Positions 30,632 to 44,389 of a DNA stretch of 64,000 nt are shown here, in pieces. The notes under the pieces are model-generated. The model made no database searches, was not told the DNA's origin, and worked only from the letters and a program-made list of their open reading frames with translations. Position 1 is the first letter of the stretch; every line of letters begins with the position of its first letter. The stretch is from Eledone cirrhosa (taxonomy: Eukaryota), in the NCBI GenBank assembly GCA_964016885.1, contig OZ024740.1, positions 224,998,001 to 225,062,000 on the forward strand, given 5' to 3'. Both the position numbers and the translations under genes were made by a program.

Positions 30632-30960
30632 CATCATCATTTTACGTCCGTTTTTCCCTGCTTGCAAGGGTGGGACGGGAACTGATTCTGGCTTGATTTC
30701 TACAGCAGGATGCCCTCCCTAACACCAACCTCATTTACAGTGAGTGCTGGGTGCTTTTTTGCTGTGGCACCTCCCGACCACTTTGCAGTGGAATGATAGG
30801 CACCCCAGTCCCTATCATCTCATTTCTACAGCTGAGTAAACTGGAACAATGTGAAAATAAAGTGTCTTGCTCAAGGAAACAAGACATCACCCGGTCTGAG
30901 AATTGAACTCACAACCTTTCGATTGCAAGGCCAATTCTCTAACCAGTCAGCCATGTGCCA
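30632..30960 (-). mobile_element. SINE family 2 with RTE-derived tail
   Basis: tRNA head, family 2 core, RTE-like tail; a tandem copy follows at 31080-31408. Confidence 0.8.
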
Positions 30961-31079
30961 TATATATATAATCCTTACTGAGCCCTCTTCGATTTTAGTC
31001 TCCACATTTATTATTACTATACATATACGTACATACACACCCATATGTATATATACATATACATACAGTTATATCATTT

Positions 31080-31408
31080 CATCATCATCAGCATTTTACG
31101 TCCGCTTTTCCCTGCTTGCAAGTGTGGGACGGGAACTGATTCTGGCTTGATTTCTACAGCTGGATGCCCTTCCTAACACCAACCTCATTTACAGTGAGTG
31201 GTGGGTGCTTTTTTGCCGTAGCAACTACACCACCACTTTGCAGTGGAATGATAGGGTCCTTATCATCTCATTTCTACAGCTGAGTAAACTGGAGCAATGT
31301 GAAATAAAGTGTCTTGTTCAAGGAAACAACACACCACCCGGTCTGAGAATTGAACTCACAACCTTTCGATTGCAAGGCCAATGCTCTAACCACTAAGCCT
31401 TGTGCCTA
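31080..31408 (-). mobile_element. SINE family 2 with RTE-derived tail
   Basis: Near-identical to 30632-30960. Confidence 0.8.
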
Positions 31409-32322
31409 CATATGTATACATATATATATATACATACACACATATATATATGTCAGTTCAATTCCTGGACCGGGTGATGCGTTATGTCCTTGAGCAAGAC
31501 ATTTTAATTCACGTTGCTCGTTCTACCTGGAGTTGCGACTGATAGATAGTATTAGCAATTGGAAAGACCAACGGAAACATTGTTTCCTCGGTCTGATTTG
31601 ACGAAAGTCAATCGACAAATTTTATATATATATATATATAAACAGGAAAAGAATTAATTATAGATCAATCCAATTGATCATTGCACTATTATTGATACCA
31701 TCTGCTGTATGGAACTCTTGTCAAAACAACAAGATGGAATCTAACACTTCTGTTAATCCACTGCAAATGTACAAATACTTCATTTATCAACCCTGAACCA
31801 ATGAAAGACGAAGTTGACATCGGCAGGATTTGAACTCAGAGTATATTAAGGACGAATAATTACCAAGGCATATAATATGATGTCTAATGGCTTTTGTCAA
31901 TCTATAGATAATTACCTTTGTTTTGTAACAATGTTTGGCAGGAAAAAACTAAAGAAGCTTTATCAATAAAACAGAAAACATTCATAAGTCCTTAGCAGAG
32001 TGATCATTTACAGAAAGAAATAGAAAGTGGGTATGTAGTGGCAGAGTCGCTAGAATGTCAAATAGACAACTTTATGGTATTTATTCTGGCTCTTTGCTCT
32101 CTGAGTTCAAATCCAGCCAAGGTCAACTTTGCCATTTATCCTTTCAAGGTTGATAAAAAAAATACTAGTCTAGTACTGGGGTCTCATTTTCTCTCTCTCA
32201 CTTGCTATCTTTCTCTGGATGAAATCTGCTGTACTCAGGCCTGGAGAGGATGAGCTCTGCCAGGCTTTACTGGCTCCCCCATAAGTTACAGGACCACACC
32301 ATATATATATATATATATATAT

Positions 32323-32513
32323 AATTGTTTCTACTTTTGGCACAAGGCCAGCAATTATAATCAGTGTATTACTGGTACTTTATTTTATCGACCCCCGTAA
32401 GGATGAAAGGCAAAGTTAACCTCGGCGCGATTTGAACTCAGTCCGTAAAGGGACGTAACTGTGCTGCAAAGCATTGTGTCCGACCCTCTGCCGATACTGC
32501 CAATCCACCGCCC
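32323..32513 (-). mobile_element. SINE family 1
   Basis: Full-length match. Confidence 0.85.
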
Positions 32514-33610
32514 TATTATATATATATATATAATGCAGATAATTAGGGTGTTTATCCCTGAAGGTTACGTTGTAATGCTGTGAGGATAATCCAGTTAAAG
32601 CAGTCCAAAATCACCCTATGTCAGTAGTTTAACCTTAGAAAAATGGTGGTGATTAAGTGTGACGGAGTTTCCTTTAATGAAATGTTGTAAAGACAGAGGT
32701 TTTATGTAATTATTTTATAGGACTCTTCAGCTGTGTTAGAGACATGATAACCACCCTAATATTGGTGATCAACATTATAAATAAGCCAAGTACATGCTGT
32801 AAAGTGGTTGGTGATAGGAAAGGCATCAAACTATAGAACACCTACTGAGAGGATTATTCAGCTTAAATCTTTGAGAATTAATTTGCTCACATAACCTGAG
32901 ATTGCCTGATGAAAATAAAATATTCTCAACAGAGTATTGTATGTGTACATACATATATACATACATACATATATACATGCATTCATACAAATATACATAT
33001 ATTCATACATAGATACATGCATACATTCAAATATACACACTTAGATGCATAGATACATACATGCATACATAGATACAAAAATATACACAGATACATGCAT
33101 ACATGTGTACATACATACAAACATATATACATGCATACATACATACGCAACTTTATATACAAGCATGCAAACATACTTGCATATACAGGTATTATGTTTT
33201 CAGATACATAACTACATGTCTATATGCTTACATATACACCTTCCTACTTACATATCTACATTTATATATACATGCTTATCTACACTTACAAACGTTACAT
33301 TACTATCTAATTGATGTTGTCTAAATTTCATTGAAAGATCCTCATTTAAGAAAAAATTCAAAAATTAAACCCAGAATATACATATATACATACATGCATG
33401 CATAAATACATACATACACATATACATTTATGCATACAAACGTAAATATATATATATATATATAAATATATATATATATACTGTTTTAAACCTTTCCAAC
33501 ACTAATTTGCATAATAAACCAACAATAAATCTAATAACTCCACTATCTAGGAGATTCCAACCAGAATGGTTGCATTTTTTAAGGGTATGTCAATATTTAT
33601 TTATAAAACT

Positions 33611-33789
33611 TGGCAGTATCGGCAGAGGGTCGGACGCCATGCTTTCAAGCATAGTTATGTCCCTTTACGATCTGAGTTCAAATCCCGCCGAGGTTGACTT
33701 TGCCTTTCATCCTTACGGGGTCGATAAAATAAAGTACCAGTAATGCACTGGGTAATTGCTGGCCTTGTGCCTAAAGTAGAAACAATTAT
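33611..33789 (+). mobile_element. SINE family 1
   Basis: Near full-length match. Confidence 0.85.
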
Positions 33790-33853
33790 ATTTTATCTGA
33801 TGAAAGCGCACCATAGATTGCTCTGGTGGCCCTTGAAATATGTATAATGAAAT
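33790..33853 (+). ncRNA. Type I hammerhead ribozyme motif (related to 15205-15272)
   Basis: attttat-CTGATGA-aagcgcacca..tggtggccctt-GAAA-t-atgt-ATA-atgaaat. Confidence 0.75.
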
Positions 33854-34516
33854 AAATATGGTTTTATAAATATAGTTTCCATTTGTTAATATATTGTATA
33901 TATATATGTGTATATATATATATATATATACACCACACACAGCACAAATACATCACACATACACATAAACACATAAGCAATTGAATAAAATTATCAATAT
34001 TAAGTGAAGTCACTAAGATTTGCCAATATTCTTGCTTCACTGAAGAAGTGAAAGAAATTTCCACAATGCAATATGCTGCAATTCAAGAGAGAAGACCCTT
34101 GAATCTATATTTGGCTTGATCTGTCAGAAAGGATGTCAAATGGCATTTTAATACTTCTTCCTTGTCGGATTTTGGCAGAGAGAGATAAATCCTAACTTGC
34201 CATTTGTCACTTGCATATAAGAGACTTGCCTCAGCTGACACCAGAAATGAAATACTGACAGAAAACAGATTCACTCTATTCTAGAAATGTCTCCCACATG
34301 TGCCAAATGAAGAAATTGCTTAGGAGTAATTCAGATATAAGTGGGCAAAACTCTTAAAAGTTCTTACCTATCAAACTATGAAAGATTATAGCTTTACTGT
34401 GTTGTGTTGGCAAAGTATTGTTTGTTGGTGTTGTTATTGTTAAATCTGTTGGTTTTTCACTGCATTATCTGATGACCTATTTTTCTTTTATTCAAATGAA
34501 ATCATTAAGTCAAACA

Positions 34517-34566
<50 letters not shown>

Positions 34567-34569
<3 letters not shown>

Positions 34570-34767
34570 GAAGGAAATGTGGTAAGGAACCAGATGGACC
34601 ATAACGCACCAAAGTACTCAATACTTAGGGTAGTAGAGTGGGTAATAGGAACGAGTAGGACCCCGACGGCTGAGCTCAAGCGGTTTCGACGGCTAATTCT
34701 GGACTCAGTCCAGAATTAGCCTTCGAAATGGCTTGAGTTCAGCCGTCGGGGTCCTACTCGTTCCTAT
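34567..34767 (-). mobile_element. Fold-back cassette carrying an HHR 3' half
   Basis: Hairpin 34645-34767; the arm reads GAAA-t-ggct-tgagttc-agcc-GTC-ggggtcc; bounded by (TA)n. Confidence 0.75.
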
Positions 34768-35468
34768 ATATATATATATATATATGTATGTATATATATA
34801 TATAGGAACGAGTAGGAACTATATATATGTATGTATATATATATTTATTCATTTATATACATATATATGTATATGGATATATAAATCTCTCTCTCTTTCT
34901 AAATATATATATATATATATATATATATACATGGTAGTGTGGAAGAATGGACGTAAAATGGTGATGATATATATTGTTATATATTTGTGGGTGGATGTAT
35001 GCATTTATGTAAGTATATGTATATAAGCAAAGACATATATGTGGACCAACAGATTTACAATGAAGTGCTTTGTTCTTGAAGTGAATGGAACTGCTGGAAA
35101 GGGAGGACTAAGGAAGACATGGGACAAAATAGAGTAAAAAAACTAAACCCCTGAAAAGAGGAGACTTGCTCACCAGTACAACACTGGTAATGATGGTGGT
35201 GGAGGTTTATGATTTAGTCACAGCTTTCTCTTTGGTGACTCTATTATAATACTTTCTACATTATGTTGAGTCATGTCTGAAAGAAGATCATCTTATTGAC
35301 CTCTCTTTTTATCCAGTCCTTCCACCTCCAACCACTACAATGAATATTATTTGTATTATTATTAGAGCATCAGACACCATGCTTTGCAGCATATAGTTAC
35401 GGCACTTCAGGGTTGGAGTTGAAATCCCACCGAGGTAAGCTTTGCCTTATTATGATTATCATCATTAA

Positions 35469-35690
35469 GGGCAGTTGATTGGTAGAATCAGTAGAGTGTC
35501 AGACAACATGCTTTGCAGCTCATAGTTATGTCCCTTTACTTTCTGAGTTCAAATACAACTGAGGTTAGCTTTGCGTTTGTTCCTTACAGTGTCACTAAAA
35601 TAAAGTACCAGTAATACAGTGGATTCAATCTAATCGAATTTCCTCTTCCCCAAATAATTTTGGACTTGTGCGACCATCAGAAACTATTGG
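35469..35690 (+). mobile_element. SINE family 1, older and longer variant
   Basis: A and B boxes plus the AAAATAAAGTACCAG core. Confidence 0.65.
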
Positions 35691-36480
35691 TATTATCACC
35701 AATATGTTTATTCTCTTTATCTCTACCATTACCATTAACACTACTGTGCTCATTTCTTTTTACTATCACCCTTTAATGTAAAATTGAATATGATTTTCTT
35801 CATATCATTCTCTATGTAAAACACTGATATTATCAGTCTATTTACCATCTTCCATTACCAAATGATATCCATCACATGCAGCAATACCAACACTTTTCCT
35901 TTTCTCTCTTCTCTGTAGTTCCCATCATTCACTCTTTCCTGCCATGATATATCCCTATTGATATCCCATCAGCATTGATCATGCTACTTTCCTTCTCAAT
36001 CTTCCAAATACCACTTTCCTTTTCTTCTACCATATGACATTCTTTCCCGCTTAACACTCAAATCATGCATTCATGTCTTTCGAATCTTGGTTATAGCTTC
36101 CCTTCAATTACCCTCTCAGTTATGCTTGCCTCGATTGAACAGAGACTGCTTGAAGTATATTGGTTTGTATAGACTTTCACTGGACAAGGATCCCTCTTTA
36201 GTGCTGGTTCCATGATACAATGCAGTCAATACAAACGGAAAAGGAGTTGATGATCTAACAGATACAATTTAGGGCAGATTAAGCTCATTTCACTTGTCGC
36301 AGACATGACAGCATCTATTGTCCTGGCATAAGATGCACCCTAGTACATGCTTCAATGTTGTGGGTGCATCATGAATTTCTCAATCATTCTGTCTACCAGC
36401 ACAACTCAGGATGCAAACTTCTGAACTACACAGCCATGTCTGTGTATGGACGCATATGTATGTAATATATATTTTGATAC

Positions 36481-36517
<37 letters not shown>

Positions 36518-37245
36518 CATACACACACACACAAGCACACATATATATGTACACACATATCTATAACACTATATTATAGAACCAAACATATTTATACATG
36601 TATGTCTTTGTTCACCTTATCATCTATGGTCTAATGTGGGTTACTAACAATCTCATTATTCCTTGTATTTTCTCCATCTATAACTTACTAATGTCTTCTA
36701 TATCTGCTAAAGCTACAGGTAATGTTTACATAAGACAAACATAAAAACTTATCTACTTTCAACGTTATATAGTCTCCAAAGAAATAATTCTAAACCAAGA
36801 TAAACAAACTAATTGGAAATAAATGAATGCTATGAAAGTCATATTATTTATGGTTATATGATGTTGATGTATAAAGTCTCCCTTGCTATATACTTCTGTT
36901 ATAATATTTGTTTCTTTCTCATTCTTTTCCCATTAAACAAAAGTAAAAAATATAAAAAAAGTTTACTAAATTAATTCATGCATAAAATCTGCTCTTTGAC
37001 TTATCACTGGAGAGAAAAAAAATCTCTCTGAAAAATAGCAATGTACTTTTAATATTCCAATTCCCAGCTTTTGATATGTAACATTTTATTTTCTACAAAT
37101 GTTAAGGAATGTAGTCCACATATTTTGAACTGTTCAATATTGTAGAATCTGGTAAACTGGTTTCAATTATTGATATTAATGGTTAATAAATGGGAGATTA
37201 TATATATATATATACATACACATATATAAATACACACACACATAT

Positions 37246-37319
<74 letters not shown>

Positions 37320-37450
37320 GCAGAGAGCTGTAAAATACCTGCAGACGGGCCACACTGCATCTTCCAATGCATTAAATACTCTCATGATTAATGGTCTCCT
37401 TGGTCTCAGCACCGCAGACTCTCTCTCTCACCCACTCATTCTGTCTGTCA

Positions 37451-37482
<32 letters not shown>

Positions 37483-37947
37483 TTCTCTCTTCGACTGTAC
37501 AGATATATATATATAGATATAGATGTAGATATATAGTTAATAATGAAATACCTTTTGTTATTTAATCCAACACCTTGCATTCTAAGTATACTTTCATGGT
37601 CTACTTGGTTGATATACTTAATCTGATGCTTGTTTTAACACCACTACCTGGATATTTGGTGCCTTTACCAGAGTTTATTCTGCTGCAAGATTTAGGCTAG
37701 GTTTAAGAATACTTTCTTCCTTCCTATTAGTCGCTGATGACTTGAAAGCAGTATTGAACTCTGTCCTTCATACTGACTAGTTGATTAAAACAAGAGAGAA
37801 GAGATTCCAACAGAATTCCATTATTTACTTTCTTTTTATGCCAGTTTATGTCTGATGTTTCACAAATTTATGGTGAACAGTTATGACATATTTGTGTTTA
37901 TGCACATGTGTATGTTTGTATATCATTATAATTGTGTATTGTAAATA

Positions 37948-38303
37948 GAGAGTCGGACGCCATGCTTTCCAGCATAGTTACGTCCCTTTACGGTCTGAGT
38001 TCAAATCCCGCCGAGGTTAACTTTGCCTTTCATCCTTACGGGGTCGATAAAATAAAGTACCAGTAATGTACTTGGTAATTGCTGGCCTTGTGCCAAAAGT
38101 AGAAACAATTATAATTGTGTATTGGCAGTATCGGTAGAGGGTCAGACACAATGCTTTGCAGCAAAAAGTTACGGCCCTTTATAGTCTGCGTTCATATCTT
38201 GCCGAGGTTAACTTTGCCTTTCATCCTTACGGGGTTAGATAAAATAAAGTACCAGTAATACACTGGGATAATTGCTGGCCTTGTGCCAAAAGTGGAAATA
38301 ATT
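37948..38303 (+). mobile_element. Two tandem SINE family 1 copies
   Basis: 37948-38110 and 38120-38303. Confidence 0.85.
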
Positions 38304-41300
38304 ATAGTTAATCAACATACACAGAGCCTTCTTAGCCAAGCTTTATAACAAATGCTTTCACAATGACCGTCACATGGAGGTGAAGATGGCTTGGTTTTCA
38401 TGCCATTGTTAAAACAAAGAATTACAGAAATGGAAATATAAACTAAATAATGGCATTTTCTGCTAGCCACACTAGTGTATATATTAATGAACTATATAGT
38501 AAAGGACTTGACTCTCTTTCATATTTCATTAGACCAATATATAATAACACTTTTGTCTTTATTTGCCATCGAACTTGTTGATACAAACCATTATTCTTTT
38601 TTTTATATGAAACTTAGTGGTAATGCAATCTGTTAGAAATAGCTGTCAAATTTACCTTAAATCATCCCTTACTAGATAAATATGGTAGGGTATGTTAGAT
38701 AATATGCTTTTAGACAAACATACTGCATAAAAAGGGTGTTATTCATGGCTAAGTCAATCAAGGCAGATCTTGAACTTCATAACAACAGCCTTGCTAATTC
38801 TAAGTTTATTTAGATATTGTAGTTATTAAGCCCCAGGTGAGCTATCATAAAGCAAAGCTAAGATCAAAATGATTTCTACTCATGAAAATCTTGTTTTATT
38901 TTTCTGACACAATGTATATAGGACACAATTATCCATTGTCTTTCTTGTAAGATGGTAAATTGTTCTGTGATACTTGTGTAATGTAGTTATTGATACACAT
39001 GATTGTTGGTGACAAATTTTCTCCGAAATCCATAGATCAATTTTGCTAATTTCCCTTAAGTACTTGGGGATCATTAATGTTAGGCTGTAATATTTTGGTG
39101 ACCTGATGTGAATGATGAGTACAAACTGATGTGTGAGCAGTAAATTATTATGGACCAAAATTTCAAGGTGTGCATTAGAAATCAGATGAGATGTAACACA
39201 TAAGAATTTCAATGTGATTTGGCTGCTATTTATAGCTGATCAAGCAACCATGTAAAGACATCTTCATTGGTTTGTATCCTTCTTTGATGACTTCTGTCTT
39301 CTTTGGTTTGGACAATGAACCTTCAGTTGTTTGTTTGCCTAAATTACCTACTCATTGAATTAACATGCAAGTAGTTAATTTCTTCACATATACATGTATC
39401 TTGAACATAATTCTCAGGCCAATCAATATGATGAAATATGGAAAAAACCTCTATCTATAGCAGGAGCTCTTGGACGCCTGATGAAATCATAGGAGCACTG
39501 TTATGATGTAATGTATGTCGTAGGTATTTTAAATCAGGCAGAACCCATCTCTATCCAAGTCTGAGCACAGCCAGATACTTTCAAACAAAGTAAGAAACAA
39601 AGAGGAAGGATCAACCTCAATACATGACTAGTACTTTCTCCTTTTGACATAGTAAGGATGTAAACCAAAGTTGACATAAGTAGGATTTGAACTCTGATCA
39701 CAGAGAGCTGAAACTGTACCACAAAGCATTCTATCTGATGCTCTAATGATTCTGCCAATTTGTTGTCCTGAGAAAAGACTAAACATTTGAATTACAAGTA
39801 CAATCCTTCTAATGAGCTGCTGTTCAATTTCTATCAATCCAATTTCACTTGCAAGACTGAGGCCAATCTGCAGCTATGCTAAAATACACGTGCTGCAGCT
39901 ATATCGAACATTGGTCTCATGATTACAAGGTAAACTTCTTAACCACTTGACATATATATATCTATATTCAATATAAAGTTGAAGTAGTTTAAAGGCTGGT
40001 ATAAAGAACATAAGAGAAGGAGTGGGAGGGATGATTTGATGTAAACGATTGAGGCACGTGTTTTATTAACTTTTTGAACACCAACCTCCTGCTATGTTTG
40101 TGGTCCACATTCCTGGGTATCTGCATGGAAATCACTGAAGAAAAAAAGCAATATTTGTGACTGAAACAGGAAAAAGTTATTAAATGTTTAAACGTGACAA
40201 AACTCCTGGAAATGCTTTCCAGAAGAACTCAGGCTAAAGCAACGATGTAAACGGAAAGTTGAATCATGCAGAAAGTGATGTAAATATCAGTAGTAAACAT
40301 AAATTCGTGGCACAATAGTGGAATACAGTCAAACATCATTGGAATCACAATACTAGGCTAGAAGGCTCAAAGCATTAAGAGACTGGGTTTGTTCCAAGTT
40401 AATTTAACAATTCAATATAACACATAGATGGTTAAGTAATTATTATTAGAACAATGTTTCATGATGATGGATATTTATTCGATATTGGCTACAACTTAGA
40501 TAGTGTAATTGCTTAAATGGAGCTGACTGAAGCTAGCCAACAATCTTAAGAACAATCCTATGTATTAGTTTTATTTGATCTATTCCTTTGAGAATATTTT
40601 CTGTTCGCCCTTTGAATTTCTCAAATAGTAACCTTGTGGAATTTTTCATTCTTAATTTTCATAGTCTTCATTCAATTTCATCTTAGTTGTTTTTGTTTTT
40701 CATATAAATTGTTATTGTTGCTATTGTTGCTTTAGCATGATATGAATGGAATCAGTGATGAATGATGCAAAGAGAAATGTAATGAGATGATTCAGTCATG
40801 TGTTGAAGCAGGATGAAAGTGAGAAAAGTGTTAGAAGTTAATGTTGAATGAAATTGAGGAAAGGAAAAGATCAAGAAAAATATGCTAAGAGTAAATGAAC
40901 ATTAGCAAGGTTGATGCTGATGATAAGAAAAAGCAGAAAAGCTTGTCATGAGCCCTACAACACTAACCTCTGCTTTACCAAGGAAAATGGATTGAAAATG
41001 CTTGTTGTGTTGCTTAACCATAGCCCAATCCCGATCAATCATATCTATGATCAAAAATATTCCATATGTGTCCATTCTGTCTTTTATCAGACATATATTA
41101 TCCTATGGTGGAGACATGGTTGCAGATTTAAAATGCCTGCTTTGCCACAATGTGGTTCTGTGTTTTCTCCCACTGTGGAACAACTTGAGCTGGTGCCATC
41201 AACTATAGCTTGTCAGTGGAATTTGATAAATGAAACCTGTGCAGAAGCCCATTGTATATATAGCTAATAATGGAATTTCTGGTTTGATGCTAAAAAGTAA

Positions 41301-41499
41301 AATGTGTTGCATCCATTGTAGGAAAGTAGAGTGACATTTGACAGAAACATAGCTGCTAAATTTAGTAGACCAAATAACCAATGGAGTGGCAGCCTATTTA
41401 GCTCATTATATAAACTATAACACAAATATAGAGGACCAATAATCAAGCTTGCTTAAGTATTTCCTGACAACATTTTAACATATCTTAACAGTTGGAAAC

Positions 41500-41815
41500 A
41501 ATTAAGCATGCTCTCCTAGATGCTACAGTACATGAACACTAGAGCACAAATGAGCTGAAAGAAAAACTGGATATAAGAAAAATCAGTTGTAGTGGAAAAG
41601 AGAAAACTGTACTGGTATGGGAATGAAATGCATATGTATGATGTAAGTTGTATAAAGAGGTGCTGAGTGCTTAAAGTGAATGGAACCTATGGAAGTGGAA
41701 GACCAAGAAAAACATAGGACAAAATGGTAAAGACTGACCCAAAGAAACTAAATCTCACAATAGAGTTGGCATCATGTTGTGTTGGAGAAGATCTTCTTAC
41801 CTGTGCTAGCAAGTT
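41500..41815 (+). mobile_element. Old RTE 3' fragment
   Basis: Decayed RKLYWYG..CIKRC..GSGRPRKT similarity to the RTE copies. Confidence 0.55.
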
Positions 41816-42289
41816 AAATTGGTTCTCAAAATAATGTTAGTTCTTTTCTTGTACATTATATTTCTGTCATTTCTCTATATACTCCATTATTGTTACACCC
41901 TGAACTCCACCTTGTCACCTATCCTCTGCTATCCTATTTACTTTAGCATGCCACCATATAAAGCAGGATGGCATTTGAACTGTCTGTCTTGAAGTGCCTC
42001 TGGCCATGGAATACTGACTGCCTCAAGGAATTTTGTCCAACTCATGCCGACATGGGAAAAAACTGAAGTAAAAAGGCTGCTGTTGCTAATCAAGATGATG
42101 ATGATGATTATTATATATATAATATATGTGTGTGTTTATGTGTGTGCACGCACACTTGTGTGTGTGTGTGCGTGTAATAAAAATGAATTCATACATACAG
42201 AAAGAGGAAGGAAGACAGAGAGAGTGAGAGAGAAAGAGAAACAGAGACACAGAAAAAAAGGAGTGAAAAAGAGTGAGGAGAGAAAGAGG

Positions 42290-42333
<44 letters not shown>

Positions 42334-42748
42334 TACTTCCTTTGAATCAGTTAAGAAGTAAAGAGGAGAGAGGAAATGAAATTTAACAACATTGATAAAT
42401 GTCACTTCTGAAGTGTCTTTCCTCCATACGTGTCTTGTGAGAACAGACATTGCTGCAGGCAATAGCATACATTAAACAGACAAGAACTACAATATTATTG
42501 AGGAAATATCTCCCTAAATCAATGAATTTGACAAGAAACATTGGCTTTACTCTGACCAGTGTGCCATTTTGACAGAAATACACTAAATATGTAAAGATGT
42601 CTACCCTTATGTCTCTATAGGAAAACTGAAAGAAAATTTGTTTTAATGTCTTTTTTTCAATAAAGAATATTGCATTAAAGGATGTTTGCAATGTTGCTGC
42701 TCTGACACCTAATTCAGTCTCTCTCCCTCTTTCTCGCTCTCCCTCTCC

Positions 42749-42776
<28 letters not shown>

Positions 42777-42779
<3 letters not shown>

Positions 42780-42902
42780 TTTATAGAAGGAGCTTCTACA
42801 GGACTAGTACTGTTTCATTCAGATGAAATCTTCAGGAAGCTTCCTGAAGATTTCATCTGAATGAAACAGTACTAGTCCTGTAGAAGCTCCTTCTATAAAA
42901 TA
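42777..42902. repeat. Perfect 126-bp palindrome
   Basis: Centre AAG|CTT at 42839/42840, no spacer, no mismatch seen. Confidence 0.95.
42838..42888 (+). ncRNA. Type I hammerhead motif (mirror copy on the minus strand at 42791-42841)
   Basis: agcttc-CTGAAGA-tttca(tc)tgaat-GAAAC-ag-tactagtc-ct-GTA-gaagct. Confidence 0.7.
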
Positions 42903-43015
42903 AAAAAAAAATAAAAAATAAAAAAAAATAAATAAAAATAAAAAAAAATGTTTACTCTGCCATGTATTGAGTACCTTACTTACTGTGGTTATCCCCGACT
43001 CAACCCGGGACCTAC

Positions 43016-43064
<49 letters not shown>

Positions 43065-43065
43065 T

Positions 43066-43158
<93 letters not shown>

Positions 43159-43159
43159 T

Positions 43160-43213
<54 letters not shown>

Positions 43214-43403
43214 CTTTTGTGTTTACTGCAGATTTGCAATATTGACATTATATGAATGACACACAGATACTTACCTCTGTTTACATGGAATCTAAATTAA
43301 TATCACCAACTGTGATGTCATATGTGAAAGAAAGAGAAGAGATAAATAAGTACACATACATGTGTATATATTTATATATAAATATGTGTGTATGCATATA
43401 TAT

Positions 43404-44159
43404 ATATACTATAAATTATGTCCATAGAATCATTTGATAAGATATATACTCCATTTCCTCTCCCAATTAGCATAAACAACCACACAATATAACAATTATA
43501 CCAGGCTATAACATAATAAAAGGCACCTATGAAGAAATAACAGATAAATAAACGACAGCCATCTATTCACGATCAACACCCAGCATTTCAATAGCACGTG
43601 GAAATCGATTAAATATATCGTCAACCATACACAATTAGGTATAAAATTAAAGTTAGAAGAAAAAATGCATATACACATACCACGATTACGTTTCTACTCT
43701 TTAGGGTTTCGTTCGCTTTCGGAAAAATCCTATCAAGGATAAATTCTCGAGCTTCGAACTCATCAGGAAACAAACTCACTTGGACAAAGGTTTAGCTAAT
43801 CCCCGCCAGAAACGAATTCAAAATGGCTAAGAACTGTGACGTGGCAGTGGTCAGAAAGAATGTGATTGGTGCCTTACGGCTAGAGGGCTGGTTGCTAGAA
43901 AGCGCAGCCTTATATTGCCTAAATTGCATCTCAACCTTATGGGAGATTATCAAATATAAAGATTTACATATACACAAACTAGACAAAGTCATAGATATGT
44001 TTTTGGCAACCATTCACGATGTGGCTCAATGATGAATTAATAAATTAAATAATCAGAGCAATATACTATAAATTATGTCCATAGAATCATTTGATAAGAT
44101 ATATACTCCATTTCCTCTCCCAATTAGTATAATCAACCACACAAAAAAACAATTAAACC

Positions 44160-44167
<8 letters not shown>
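43404..44167 (-). mobile_element. Non-coding HHR-bearing partial tandem repeat (657-nt period), PLE pLTR or retrozyme-like
   Basis: 43404-43510 is repeated at 44061-44167; an HHR lies between the repeats; (TA)n flanks. Confidence 0.7.
43690..43771 (-). ncRNA. Hammerhead motif with enlarged helix II
   Basis: gtttc-CTGATGA-gttcg..cgaac-GAAAC-cctaaaga-GTA-gaaac. Confidence 0.75.
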
Positions 44168-44198
<31 letters not shown>

Positions 44199-44341
44199 CA
44201 TCATCCTTTTACATCCATTTTTTTCATGGTTGAATTGGTGAGATGGGTCTTTGCCAATACACATTCCCACCACTTGCTGCATCCTTTCATCATATCCTCT
44301 GCGAGGTGGAGTGTTTTAGGATCTACTTTCACAACTTCTGC

Positions 44342-44386
<45 letters not shown>

Positions 44387-44389
<3 letters not shown>

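Noticed and set aside
34040-34070. CTGAAGA-agt-GAAA and other isolated CTGANGA hits (3657, 32907, 39478, 48228 minus, 54640)
   Set aside because: No supporting helices.
37725-37790. CTGATGA-ctt-GAAA followed by a hairpin
   Set aside because: No helix II, and helix I is out of register with any NUH triplet.
42383-42757. 124-aa minus-strand ORF
   Set aside because: Starts in (GA)n; no recognisable domain and no donor site.
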